DNA of 64,000 bases from an uncultured Chryseobacterium sp. (GTDB lineage: Bacteria > Bacteroidota > Bacteroidia > Flavobacteriales > Weeksellaceae): NCBI GenBank assembly GCA_913776245.1, contig CAJYLO010000017.1, positions 21,184 to 85,183 of the forward strand, read 5' to 3'. The notes under the pieces were generated by a model, which was given only the letters and a program-made list of their open reading frames with translations, did no database searches and was not told the origin of the DNA. A program made the position numbers and the translations under genes. Below are positions 51,953 to 60,930 of this stretch, piece by piece. Every line of letters starts with the position of its first letter. The first letter of the stretch is position 1.

Positions 51953-52651
51953 TTATTGGCCAATATTATTAAGCGAAAGAATATATTTATCTATATATAG
52001 CTGTTTTTCTTTGGATTTGTATTGCTGGATAAATCTTAGGTGTTCCAATATTTCCAATTGATCAAATAGTTTCGCTTGAAGATTTAACTTTTGAATAAAT
52101 TCTGCATTTTTCTTTCCCAGAACAAAAACTTTCGATGTGTCAATTCCTAAGCTGATGTGCTTTTTGAGAGAATCGATCATAAAGTCTTTTACTATTTCAA
52201 AAAGAGCTTTATCATCATAATAATTGGCATTGATCCATTTATTCTCTTTGGTTTTTCTGATGATTGCTAAGGGAAAAGGTGAATTGATGTAAAAATTCTG
52301 ATAAAAAAGTTCTGTGCCACCGTAAGCGTCAATCATATCATAAATAAAAACCGAAGAGATCTCATGTGTGTGAGCAGACTTCATTTCTATTCCACAAATA
52401 TCTTTCAGCCGTTTTGTGTCTGTGAAAGGAACGCCTGTCACTCCGGCGCCGTGCCTGCTTGGATTGATTCCGATGATGAATTTCCTTACCTCCGAATCGT
52501 TATAATATTTCTTATAGAATTGCTGCATCACATCCAGAGTTTCGGGGTTATCCAGATAAGGATTCAAAACTCTGAATCCGTCAGGAAGCAATCCTTTATA
52601 TTGCAGATTCCGATTGAATGCAATTACCTTTTCGCCAAAAGTTTCAGTCAT
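51953..52651 (-). CDS. SMUG2-type uracil-DNA glycosylase family protein (DUF4918-like)
   Basis: GINPSRHGAGVTGVPFTD, E.SSVF, NANYYD, LEHxRFIQQY. Confidence 0.8.
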   Translation of the reverse strand: MTETFGEKVIAFNRNLQYKGLLPDGFRVLNPYLDNPETLDVMQQFYKKYYNDSEVRKFIIGINPSRHGAGVTGVPFTDTKRLKDICGIEMKSAHTHEISSVFIYDMIDAYGGTELFYQNFYINSPFPLAIIRKTKENKWINANYYDDKALFEIVKDFMIDSLKKHISLGIDTSKVFVLGKKNAEFIQKLNLQAKLFDQLEILEHLRFIQQYKSKEKQLYIDKYILSLNNIGQ

Positions 52652-52848
52652 AAATGGGATTATAATTCTATTTTTTCACCAAATATAATACCGGACAAAT
52701 CACATTAAATCAATAGAAATTACCGATTTTATAAATTTCACGAAAAGAAATATAAAATTCGTAAATTTGTGAATAAATCTAATCGTAAAAAGTTTAAACG
52801 TAAATCGCAACTCTTTGGCGGGATCCGTTTAAAAAAATGAAAGTAATT

Positions 52849-53571
52849 ATGAGTGAAAAGAAAGAAATGCTTTACGAAGGTAAAGCTAAACAGGTTTTTG
52901 CTACCGAAAACCCGGACGAAGTCGTTGTACGTTACAAAGATGATGCTACAGCATTCAATGCGCAGAAACGCGGTCAGTTTGATAGAAAAGGCGAATTGAA
53001 CAATGCGATTTCTACACTGATATTCGGTTATCTGATCGAAAACGGAATCCCGACACACTTTATCGAAAAGCTGAATGACAGAGAGCAACTGGTGAAAAAA
53101 GTGGACATCATTCCATTAGAAATGGTTGTTCGTAACTATGCTGCGGGAAGTATGGCTCAGAGACTGGGTGTGGAAGAAGGTACTAAATCTCCGGTGACCA
53201 TTTTTGATATCTGCTACAAAAAAGACGAACTGGGAGACCCGCTGATTAACGATTATCATGCGGTTTTTTTAGGCGCTGCCACGTTTGAAGAACTGAAGGA
53301 GATGTACGCTTTGACAGGCAGAATCAATGAGCTTTTGATTGCTTTGTTTGATAAAATGAACGTCATTCTTGTAGATTTCAAAATCGAATTGGGGAAAACT
53401 TCCGATGGTAAAATTGTTTTGGCAGATGAGATTTCTCCGGACACCTGCAGACTTTGGGATAAGGATACGATGAAAAAGCTTGACAAAGACAGATTCCGAA
53501 GAGATTTGGGCGAAATCACCGAAGCTTATGTCGAGATTTTTGACAGATTACAGAGCGCTTTAGAAAAATAA
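52849..53571 (+). CDS. purC: Phosphoribosylaminoimidazole-succinocarboxamide synthase
   Basis: [44 protein letters not shown]. Confidence 0.97.
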   Translation: MSEKKEMLYEGKAKQVFATENPDEVVVRYKDDATAFNAQKRGQFDRKGELNNAISTLIFGYLIENGIPTHFIEKLNDREQLVKKVDIIPLEMVVRNYAAGSMAQRLGVEEGTKSPVTIFDICYKKDELGDPLINDYHAVFLGAATFEELKEMYALTGRINELLIALFDKMNVILVDFKIELGKTSDGKIVLADEISPDTCRLWDKDTMKKLDKDRFRRDLGEITEAYVEIFDRLQSALEK

Positions 53572-53589
53572 AATCCGGAAACTATTATA

Positions 53590-55113
53590 ATGGATTTAGA
53601 ATTTCAAAAATACAGCACATTACCAAAATATGCTTTCCAGAACCGTTACCAGGAATTTGAAGAAACCAAGCATCTTTCCAAAGAAGAAAAGGAGGCTCAT
53701 TATCCTTTCGATAAAATGGAGGAAGAATGCGGGGTTTTCGGATTACATTCTACCGAGAATCTGGACACCTTTTCCCTTGCGCAGTTCGGACTTTTTGCCT
53801 TGCAGCATCGCGGCCAGGAAGCTTGTGGAATTGCAGTTGGGAACAAAGGGAAGATATTTTCCGTAAAGGACGAAGGGCTCGTTTTGGATGTTTTTAAAAC
53901 AATCGAGGAGCCGGAACAGTTTATGGGTAGTACTGTTATCGGTCACACCAGATATACCACAGCGGGAGATAAAAAGAAATATAATTTTCAGCCGTTCTTT
54001 GCTAAGAACGAATATGACCAAATCATACTATCGATAGCACATAACGGAAATCTAACCAATGCCAAACAATTGAGGAAAGAGTTAGAAGACGAAGGCGTGG
54101 TTTTCCGTGCTACTTCTGATACAGAGGTAATTTTAAGATTGATTCAGAAAAATCTGGATCTTGGACTTCGTGGCGCGATCAAAGCAACCATGGAGAAAAT
54201 CGAAGGCGCTTATTCCGTCGTCGGGATTACCAGAAACAAATTTTTTGCGTTCCGGGATTTCAACGGAATCAGGCCGTTAGTTTTGGGTGCGATTGACCAG
54301 AATACATTTGTTGTTGCTTCCGAAACCTGTGCATTGGATGGAGTAGGAGCGCAATATGTACGTGATATTCTTCCTGGCGAGATTGTCTATACCAGCGATA
54401 ACGAAGAAGGCTTACAATCTTATCTAGTAAAAGACGATTGTGTCAATAAAATATGCGCGTTCGAATATATTTATTTTGCGAGACCGGATTCCACTCTGGA
54501 GGGGATTAATGTTCACGAAATAAGAGAAAAATCCGGGATGAAAATCTGGGAACAGGCGCCAGTGGATGCAGACATCGTGATTGGTGTTCCGGATTCCGGT
54601 GTACCAGCCGCAATCGGCTTTTCCAAAGCTTCCGGTATTCCTTTCAGGCCAGTTCTGATTAAGAACCGATACATTGGCCGGTCATTCATTATTCCGTCTC
54701 AGGAGATGAGGGAACATTTTGTCAACCTGAAACTGAACCCGATTATTTCCGAGATGAAAGACAAAAGAGTGGTGATTATAGACGACTCTATTGTGAGAGG
54801 AACGACATCGAAACGTTTGGTTAAGATTCTGAAGAATGCCGGTGTGAAGGAGATTCATTTCAGAAGTGTGTCGCCGCCTATTGTAGCGCCTTGCTTTTTA
54901 GGTATTGATACACCTACAAAAGATGACCTTATTTCTGCTAATATGTCTAAGGAAGAGCTCAAGGATTACCTTGCTGTAGACAGTCTTGAATTCTTGAGTG
55001 TAGAAAATCTGATAGAAATTCTCGGCTCGCCCAATCATTGTTTCGGCTGTTTTACAGAGAAATATCCTGTGAATAATCCGGATGAGCTGGCTTTTGTAGA
55101 TCAGGGTGACTAA
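53590..55113 (+). CDS. purF: Amidophosphoribosyltransferase
   Basis: EECGVFG, LQHRGQE, HNGNL, YFARPDS, IIDDSIVRGTT, CFGC. Confidence 0.97.
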   Translation: MDLEFQKYSTLPKYAFQNRYQEFEETKHLSKEEKEAHYPFDKMEEECGVFGLHSTENLDTFSLAQFGLFALQHRGQEACGIAVGNKGKIFSVKDEGLVLDVFKTIEEPEQFMGSTVIGHTRYTTAGDKKKYNFQPFFAKNEYDQIILSIAHNGNLTNAKQLRKELEDEGVVFRATSDTEVILRLIQKNLDLGLRGAIKATMEKIEGAYSVVGITRNKFFAFRDFNGIRPLVLGAIDQNTFVVASETCALDGVGAQYVRDILPGEIVYTSDNEEGLQSYLVKDDCVNKICAFEYIYFARPDSTLEGINVHEIREKSGMKIWEQAPVDADIVIGVPDSGVPAAIGFSKASGIPFRPVLIKNRYIGRSFIIPSQEMREHFVNLKLNPIISEMKDKRVVIIDDSIVRGTTSKRLVKILKNAGVKEIHFRSVSPPIVAPCFLGIDTPTKDDLISANMSKEELKDYLAVDSLEFLSVENLIEILGSPNHCFGCFTEKYPVNNPDELAFVDQGD

Positions 55114-55115
55114 CA

Positions 55116-55197
55116 TTTGGGCAGCTATATCCGTCTTCCGCTCCCGCTTTTTTCTTTTTAGCAAAAAAGAAAAAGAGCTCCGCTCAAGCCGGGCTGC
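55116..55197. repeat. Structured intergenic repeat, copy 3
   Basis: Same conserved ends; internal hairpin CTTTTTTCTTTTT/AAAAAAGAAAAAG. Confidence 0.85.
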
Positions 55198-55259
55198 TGC
55201 AATTCGATTACTGAAAGATGTTGTATCCAACTGATTAGAATCAACCAAAGAATAAAACT

Positions 55260-55287
55260 AAAAACCCGCTGGATAAGCGGGTTTTTT
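55260..55287 (+). terminator. purCF terminator
   Basis: AAAACCCGCT/AGCGGGTTTT plus T-tract. Confidence 0.85.
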
Positions 55288-55307
55288 ATGTGGTTTATAT
55301 TTTACAT

Positions 55308-55379
55308 AAAAGAAAAACCCCAACCGAAGTTGGGGTAAAAACTAATAACCATGAAAACTCAAATTAAACATGAGAATCG
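55308..55379 (-). ncRNA. Candidate small RNA (~70 nt), sigma54-like promoter to UUCG terminator
   Basis: Minus-strand TTGGCACAGTATTTGTT (55406-55390), then ACCCCAAC-TTCG-GTTGGGGT plus T-tract; no minus-strand gene feeds this terminator. Confidence 0.6.
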
Positions 55380-55389
55380 AAAGTATTGT

Positions 55390-55406
55390 AACAAATACTG
55401 TGCCAA
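55390..55406 (-). promoter_or_regulatory. Sigma54-like -24/-12 promoter
   Basis: TTGGCAC-AGTAT-TTG. Confidence 0.65.
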
Positions 55407-55502
55407 AAAAATCCGACTCTTTGAAAAAGAATTTTCTGTTGCAAACATAAGGATAAAAAATGTAAATTTGCAACACTTTATAAAAAAAAATATTTAAAAA
55501 AA

Positions 55503-55922
55503 ATGTCAGGAAAAATCACATTTACCATGATCAAGCCAGATGCAGTTGCGGATGGACATATTGGTGCGATTCTTGGAAAAATCAGTGAAGCTGGTTTTAA
55601 AATCAAAGCATTGAAGTTAACTCAGCTAACCGTAGCTGATGCTAAAAAATTCTACGAAATACATGCGGAAAGACCTTTCTACGGAGAATTGGTAGAGTTT
55701 ATGTCTTCTGGTCCTATCGTTGCTGCTGTTCTTGAAAAAGACAATGCTGTAGAAGATTTCAGAACTGTAATTGGTTCTACAAACCCTGCTGAAGCAGCGG
55801 AAGGTACTATCAGAAAACTTTTCGCAAGAAGCATCGGAGAAAATGCTGTTCACGGTTCTGACTCTGACGAAAATGCTCTTATTGAAGCTCAGTTTCACTT
55901 TTCAGGGAGAGAGATTTTCTAG
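55503..55922 (+). CDS. ndk: Nucleoside diphosphate kinase
   Basis: [19 protein letters not shown]. Confidence 0.97.
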   Translation: MSGKITFTMIKPDAVADGHIGAILGKISEAGFKIKALKLTQLTVADAKKFYEIHAERPFYGELVEFMSSGPIVAAVLEKDNAVEDFRTVIGSTNPAEAAEGTIRKLFARSIGENAVHGSDSDENALIEAQFHFSGREIF

Positions 55923-55943
55923 TTTCTTCTGAAAATTAAATAT

Positions 55944-55978
55944 AAAAAAGGCTGTCAAGAGATATGACAGCCTTTTTT
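55944..55978. terminator. Bidirectional terminator ndk/rpe
   Basis: AAAAAAGGCTGTCA/TGACAGCCTTTTTT. Confidence 0.88.
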
Positions 55979-55994
55979 ATGCGGTTTTTGGAAC

Positions 55995-56100
55995 TAGCCC
56001 CGATAGTAGCGGCATCCTTTTTTTTCCCATGGAAAAGCCGAGGCAAAAAGATATAGCACTTCGACAGGCTGAGTATAAATTACGCGGGAACAAGCTTCTA
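55995..56100. repeat. Divergent, inverted member of the structured repeat family, carrying a REP-like fragment
   Basis: TAGCCCCG..AGCGG..CTTTTT..AAAAAG..GCGGGAACAAGC mirrors the reverse complement of copies 1-3; contains ACTTCGACAGGCTGAGT (56058-56074). Confidence 0.55.
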
Positions 56101-56106
56101 AAAATT

Positions 56107-56757
56107 TTAGATTTTCAAAAGTTCAATGGTGTGTTCCGGATTTTCTGACGAGAAAACGGCATTGCCTGCTACCAGAACATCAGCGCCGGTTTCAAAAAGT
56201 TTGGAGGCATTGTCCAGATTCACGCCGCCATCTACCTGTATCACGGCTGTAGAATTGTTGCTTAAGATCAAGTCCTTGGTTTCCCTGATCTTTTTATAAG
56301 TATTTTGAATGAACTTCTGGCCGCCAAATCCCGGATTGACACTCATCAACAATACCAAATCTACATCCGATATAATATCTTCAAGCATCAGAACAGGAGT
56401 TGCTGGATTTAGCACAACACCGGCTTTTGCACCTTTGTCCTGAATCTGATGGATTGTCCTGTGAAGATGTGTGCACGCTTCGTAATGAACGGAAATCAAA
56501 TCTGCGCCATAATCTATAAATTCTTCTACATATTTTTCCGGTTCCACAATCATCAGGTGAACGTCTACAAATTTTTTTGCGTATTGCTGAACGGTTTTCA
56601 TCACGGGAAATCCGAAAGAGATATTCGGGACAAAGCGGCCGTCCATTACGTCTACGTGCAGCCAGTCTGCCTGGGAATTGTTCAGCATTTCTATGTCGCG
56701 TTGCAGATTCCCGAAATCGGCAGAAAGAAGCGAGGGTGCTATAAGTTTGTTTTTCAT
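56107..56757 (-). CDS. rpe: Ribulose-phosphate 3-epimerase
   Basis: IAPSLLSADF, HVDVMDG, DVHLM, MSVNPGFGGQ, VDGG. Confidence 0.97.
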   Translation of the reverse strand: MKNKLIAPSLLSADFGNLQRDIEMLNNSQADWLHVDVMDGRFVPNISFGFPVMKTVQQYAKKFVDVHLMIVEPEKYVEEFIDYGADLISVHYEACTHLHRTIHQIQDKGAKAGVVLNPATPVLMLEDIISDVDLVLLMSVNPGFGGQKFIQNTYKKIRETKDLILSNNSTAVIQVDGGVNLDNASKLFETGADVLVAGNAVFSSENPEHTIELLKI

Positions 56758-56782
56758 TTTTAGTTAATTACTTTTTACTTTA

Positions 56783-57859
56783 TTAATGGTATTTTAGTTT
56801 CATTGTAGGCACTATTTTCAAAAGACTTTCGTAAATTAATTTGATTACGTTGCTCACATCTTCTTTGGCAACCATCTCAACTGTAGTGTGCATATATCGC
56901 AAAGGCAGAGAGATCAATGCGCTCGGAACACCGCCATTGGAATGGGCAAATGCGTCTGTATCCGTCCCGGTAGCCCGGCTTGCAGCTGCTCTCTGGAAAG
57001 GGATTCCTTTTTCTTTGGCTGTATTGATGATCATTTCACGGATGGTGTGGTGAACGCTTGGTGCAAAGAAAACCACTGGTCCATCGCCGCATTTCTGGTC
57101 GCCTTCTTTTTTCTTTTCGATCATAGGTGTTGTGGTGTCGTGAGTCACGTCTGTTACAACAGCAATATTGGGTTTAATGGTATCAGCAATCATATCAGCG
57201 CCATATAGTCCTACTTCTTCTTGTACGGAATTGGTAATGTATAATCCGAAAGGCAATTCATTTTTGTTTTCTTTCAGAAGCCGGGCAACTTCTGCAATCA
57301 TAAAGCCACCGATACGGTTGTCCAAAGCACGGCATACAAAATAACGGTCATTCAGCTCAAAGAACTCATCGGGATAAGTAATCATACAGCCGACAAAAAC
57401 TCCGAGATCTTCTACTTCTTTTTTAGATGTTGCACCACAATCTATAAATATATTCTCGATTTTCGGAGTAGGCTCATTTTGACTGGCAATTCTGGTATGG
57501 ATGGCCGGCCAGCCGAAAACACCTTTTACAATTCCTTTTTCGCCGTGTATGTGAACTACTTTTGAAGGTGCAATAGTCTGGTCAGAACCTCCGTTTCTGA
57601 TGACATATATCAGTCCGTCATCTGTGATATAGTTGACATACCAGCTTATTTCATCCGCATGGGCTTCTATTACGACTTTGAAGTCTGCATCCGGATTGAT
57701 GATGCCGTAAGCTGTGCCGTAATGATCTACTTCTATTTTATCCACATATGGTTTTATATAATTCATCCAAACCTTCTGGCCATTATGTTCATAACCTGTA
57801 GGTGATGCTGTATTAAGATATTCTTCTAAAAACTGGATTGATTTTTTTTCGAATTTCAT
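56783..57859 (-). CDS. M42 family metallo-aminopeptidase
   Basis: AHADEI, ALDNR, VQEEVG, GTDTD, LRYMHT. Start ATG 57859. Confidence 0.92.
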   Translation of the reverse strand: MKFEKKSIQFLEEYLNTASPTGYEHNGQKVWMNYIKPYVDKIEVDHYGTAYGIINPDADFKVVIEAHADEISWYVNYITDDGLIYVIRNGGSDQTIAPSKVVHIHGEKGIVKGVFGWPAIHTRIASQNEPTPKIENIFIDCGATSKKEVEDLGVFVGCMITYPDEFFELNDRYFVCRALDNRIGGFMIAEVARLLKENKNELPFGLYITNSVQEEVGLYGADMIADTIKPNIAVVTDVTHDTTTPMIEKKKEGDQKCGDGPVVFFAPSVHHTIREMIINTAKEKGIPFQRAAASRATGTDTDAFAHSNGGVPSALISLPLRYMHTTVEMVAKEDVSNVIKLIYESLLKIVPTMKLKYH

Positions 57860-57917
57860 ATAGTTAAGGAATGATTTTTGATTTGTACTTTTGCTGTTTT
57901 TTATGCGAGTAAAAGTA

Positions 57918-58622
57918 ATGAATTTAAATAAATTTTTCCCTTTTCTTTTTCTGTTCATCGGTACATTATACTATTCCCAGCAGGATACGCTAAAGGTTGC
58001 TTCGTTTGATGATATTCCGAAAAGTAAATTGCAAAAGGACGAATACGGAAATGAGTATTTCTACGACGAAGTTCAGAAAGCAAAGATATATAAGATCAAT
58101 GGTGAGCAGGTAATTGTGCTGGATGAGCTTACTTTGAGAGCCAATCCGCATTTTAATAATCAGCTGGACAGGAACTATTATTTCTTTTTAAATAAAAAAT
58201 TGAACAGAGTTTATCCGCTTTTTCTGGATGCCCTGGAGCAATATAACAGTATAAAAACGGAAAGTGCCAATATGAAAGGTGCAGAACGTAGCAGATATAT
58301 CAAGCAAAGACAGACTGAACTGGCAGCAAGCTATGAAAAGCAATTGCGCGAACTTACAACTACAGAAGGACAGGTTTTTGCAAAATTGATGTACAGGGCA
58401 ACAGGCAAGACCGTTTACGATATCATTAAGGAATTACGAGGCGGCTGGAGTGCTTTTTGGTGGAATGTTAAAGGAAATATTGCAGATGTCAACCTTAAAA
58501 CGCCTTATGATCCTCACAGATTCCGGGATGATCTTTTTATAGAATCGCTGTTGCAGTCTAACTGGAATCTTGGCTATCTTCAGCCGTATCCGGGAGCGAA
58601 TAATTTTAAGGTCAATAAATGA
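57918..58622 (+). CDS. Conserved exported protein (DUF4294-like)
   Basis: Signal peptide; RVYP, LTTTEGQVFAKLMYRATG, GGWSAFWW. Start ATG 57918 after TACTTTTG 57886-57893. Confidence 0.75.
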   Translation: MNLNKFFPFLFLFIGTLYYSQQDTLKVASFDDIPKSKLQKDEYGNEYFYDEVQKAKIYKINGEQVIVLDELTLRANPHFNNQLDRNYYFFLNKKLNRVYPLFLDALEQYNSIKTESANMKGAERSRYIKQRQTELAASYEKQLRELTTTEGQVFAKLMYRATGKTVYDIIKELRGGWSAFWWNVKGNIADVNLKTPYDPHRFRDDLFIESLLQSNWNLGYLQPYPGANNFKVNK

Positions 58623-58657
58623 AAAAAAGCACTACAATCAGGTAGTGCTTTTAGTTT

Positions 58658-59299
58658 TTATAATTCAGTAATCAGATAATTCTGATATTTTGACTTGTCG
58701 AAGCTGAATAATGACGGCGAGAGTGTCTGGTTATCTTTATAGTTGCTGATACTGATAACGGCCATTTCGTTGGTAGTGGAAACCTGCTCTAATTTTATAA
58801 GCTTTTTCTGCGGTGTATTCACGTATAATGTTACACTCTTTAGTCCATTGTTCTTCACGGGCACCATTTTTATAACATCAACCGGAATTCCGCTCATTGT
58901 CTTTTTGCCGGAATAGGTGACATTGTATTCTTTTTTATAAGAATCAAGATAGCTTAGCGGTGAAAAATGAACCTGATTGTCATTTGGTTTTGAAATCGTT
59001 ACTTCTTTGTCCTCATCACTTATGCTGTAAATCTTATTTCCGTCAAAGATTTGTTCAGTACCCATTATTTTTAGCTTGTAACGGTTGTTATCGGAATAGA
59101 AAATCCCTGTCTGTGTCTGCATATTGCTCCCGGTACCGGAAGAATAAGAAAATTTGAAGTAAGAGTTTTTTTTGCTTTTATAGTTTTTCGTTACATCATC
59201 CAATATTGTTTTCGATTTGGTGTCGATGGTTTGAGAATGAGCGGTATAGCTCGCTCCTGCAAGTGTTAAAGTCAGAACTGCCTTTAAATAATGTTTCAT
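58658..59299 (-). CDS. LolA-like outer membrane lipoprotein carrier protein
   Basis: Signal peptide; IFDGNKIY..EVTI, P motif, LFSFDK. Start ATG 59299. Confidence 0.8.
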   Translation of the reverse strand: MKHYLKAVLTLTLAGASYTAHSQTIDTKSKTILDDVTKNYKSKKNSYFKFSYSSGTGSNMQTQTGIFYSDNNRYKLKIMGTEQIFDGNKIYSISDEDKEVTISKPNDNQVHFSPLSYLDSYKKEYNVTYSGKKTMSGIPVDVIKMVPVKNNGLKSVTLYVNTPQKKLIKLEQVSTTNEMAVISISNYKDNQTLSPSLFSFDKSKYQNYLITEL

Positions 59300-59336
59300 T
59301 TTTATAAATAGATTATAATTTAAGCAAAGGTAGGTT

Positions 59337-59353
59337 TTCAATATTGATGCCAA
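59337..59353 (-). promoter_or_regulatory. Sigma54-like -24/-12 promoter
   Basis: TTGGCAT-CAATA-TTG upstream of the LolA-like gene. Confidence 0.55.
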
Positions 59354-59407
59354 TATTTTATTACTGATAAAATTATGTTAAGATTTATAGTTCTGCAAAA
59401 TCAGAAT

Positions 59408-60043
59408 TTAAGGAATAATAAAAAAGAAAACAGCACAAAAATGCATAATGCTGCCTCCCAGAACAAAAAGATGCCAGATGGGATGGTAAAAAGGTTTACG
59501 GTCTTTTGCGTAAAAATAGATTCCCAAAGTGTAACATAATCCGCCCAGAATAATAAAAGTTATTGCACCCGAAGACAGATTTTCGAGCATAGGTTTAATG
59601 GCGATAATGCACATCCAGCCCATCAGTGCATACAGTGACAGGGATATTTTTTCATTCCTGCGGAGTGGTGAGAACTTAAAAATAAAGCCAATGATGGCAA
59701 GTCCCCAGGCGCATCCGAACATCGTCCAGCCCCACGCTCCCTTCAGCCCGAGTAACGCAATAGGAGTATAAGTTCCTGCTATCAGAATGTAAATGCTGAG
59801 ATGATCGATTCTCTGGCAGATCTTTTTCCATTTAAGTTTATAAACAGCGTGATAAACAGTAGATGCGGAGTAAAGTGTAATAAGACTGATCCCAAAAACC
59901 AATGAAGTGGCAAGTGCCATTGAACTTCCGCTGACTACTGAATATATAAGCATAAGGATTAACGCAATAACTGATAATAAAATACCAAATCCGTGTGTAA
60001 TCACATTCAGTAATTCTTCTTTTTTCCTGTTTTTCTTCTGCAT
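59408..60043 (-). CDS. PAQR/hemolysin III family membrane protein (TrhA-like)
   Basis: EELLNVITHG, STVYH, DHLSIYILIAGTYTP, HPIWHLFVLGG..H. Confidence 0.92.
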   Translation of the reverse strand: MQKKNRKKEELLNVITHGFGILLSVIALILMLIYSVVSGSSMALATSLVFGISLITLYSASTVYHAVYKLKWKKICQRIDHLSIYILIAGTYTPIALLGLKGAWGWTMFGCAWGLAIIGFIFKFSPLRRNEKISLSLYALMGWMCIIAIKPMLENLSSGAITFIILGGLCYTLGIYFYAKDRKPFYHPIWHLFVLGGSIMHFCAVFFFIIP

Positions 60044-60386
60044 AGGGTGATTTTTTATCAAAGTTAAGGAATTAACATTCTGAATGATTAGATTATTATC
60101 GGGATTATGGTTTTAACAAAATTTAATTGTTTAAGACATAGCAGTTTAATAATGGTAAGTGGTGATTATATAGATCCGAAAACTATTCTAAAAACTAATC
60201 AATGCAGAAAAAGTATAATGGAAAGGCTACAACTTATTTTTTTTTATTGTGTATTTCATATTAATATGAGGTTTTTTATTGTAAAATGATAATACGTAAT
60301 CTATTATTTTTCATTTAAATATAATTTTCTATATTAGCGGCCCTTTAATTATTAAGGGTGGTTAGATTAAAGTGATAAAATTCCTG

Positions 60387-60899
60387 ATGAAAAAAAAAGG
60401 ACAAATAGTAGAAATCCCTCCTGTTTCTGATTTATACAATACGGAATTGCCGGAATTTCATTCTAAAAGAGATGAAATACTCTGGAAATCTGCCGGAATA
60501 GCCTATTCATTGTTTGACGGATTTATTGTAGGAGAACATCAGGGCATTGAAAATTTCAGGTTAGGACAGAGAAAGGGTATCAACGTAGGGGGAAAAAAAG
60601 AACCTTTGTACGTCATCGGGATTGACAATAAGGAAAACAGGTTGTTTGTAGGCGCGGGTGATTCACATCCCGGATTATTCACAAAAGTGATCAGGCTGAC
60701 CGGTGATGAACATATTGATTTTAATATTTCGGATGAAACCTTTCAAAATGGCCTGGATGTCGAAATAGCAGTTAATGAAGGTAAGGATGTCAGAGCTCAG
60801 CTTTACAAAATAGATGGGATGTATTTTTTGGAATTCGAAGAAAAAGTGCCCATTACCTTTGAAGATCATATCATTAAAATAAAATTAAATAACAGATAA
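60387..60899 (+). CDS. Stand-alone MnmA central/C-terminal-like domain protein (no catalytic domain)
   Basis: VGEHQG..F.LGQRKGI.VGG..EPLYVIGID..N.LFVG.G..HPGL matches the MnmA middle domain; SGGxDS PP-loop absent. Confidence 0.7.
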   Translation: MKKKGQIVEIPPVSDLYNTELPEFHSKRDEILWKSAGIAYSLFDGFIVGEHQGIENFRLGQRKGINVGGKKEPLYVIGIDNKENRLFVGAGDSHPGLFTKVIRLTGDEHIDFNISDETFQNGLDVEIAVNEGKDVRAQLYKIDGMYFLEFEEKVPITFEDHIIKIKLNNR

Positions 60900-60930
60900 A
60901 CAGAATAATACAAAATTAAATATTTTCGAA

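Noticed and set aside
52030-52050. LEHLR instead of the expected HPR motif in the glycosylase
   Set aside because: A single substitution with the His retained; inactivation cannot be inferred without an alignment.
55351-55497. 48-codon + strand ORF (MKTQIKHENR...) upstream of ndk
   Set aside because: Crosses the ndk promoter box and has no obvious promoter of its own. The minus-strand promoter/terminator pair explains the region better. Not fully excluded.
59362-59385. Second dif-like sequence (TTATGTTAAGA)
   Set aside because: Imperfect XerD arm and no XerC arm; expected by chance in AT-rich DNA.
60107-60289. 60-aa ORF in an AT-rich spacer
   Set aside because: No motifs, signal or terminator; probably chance.
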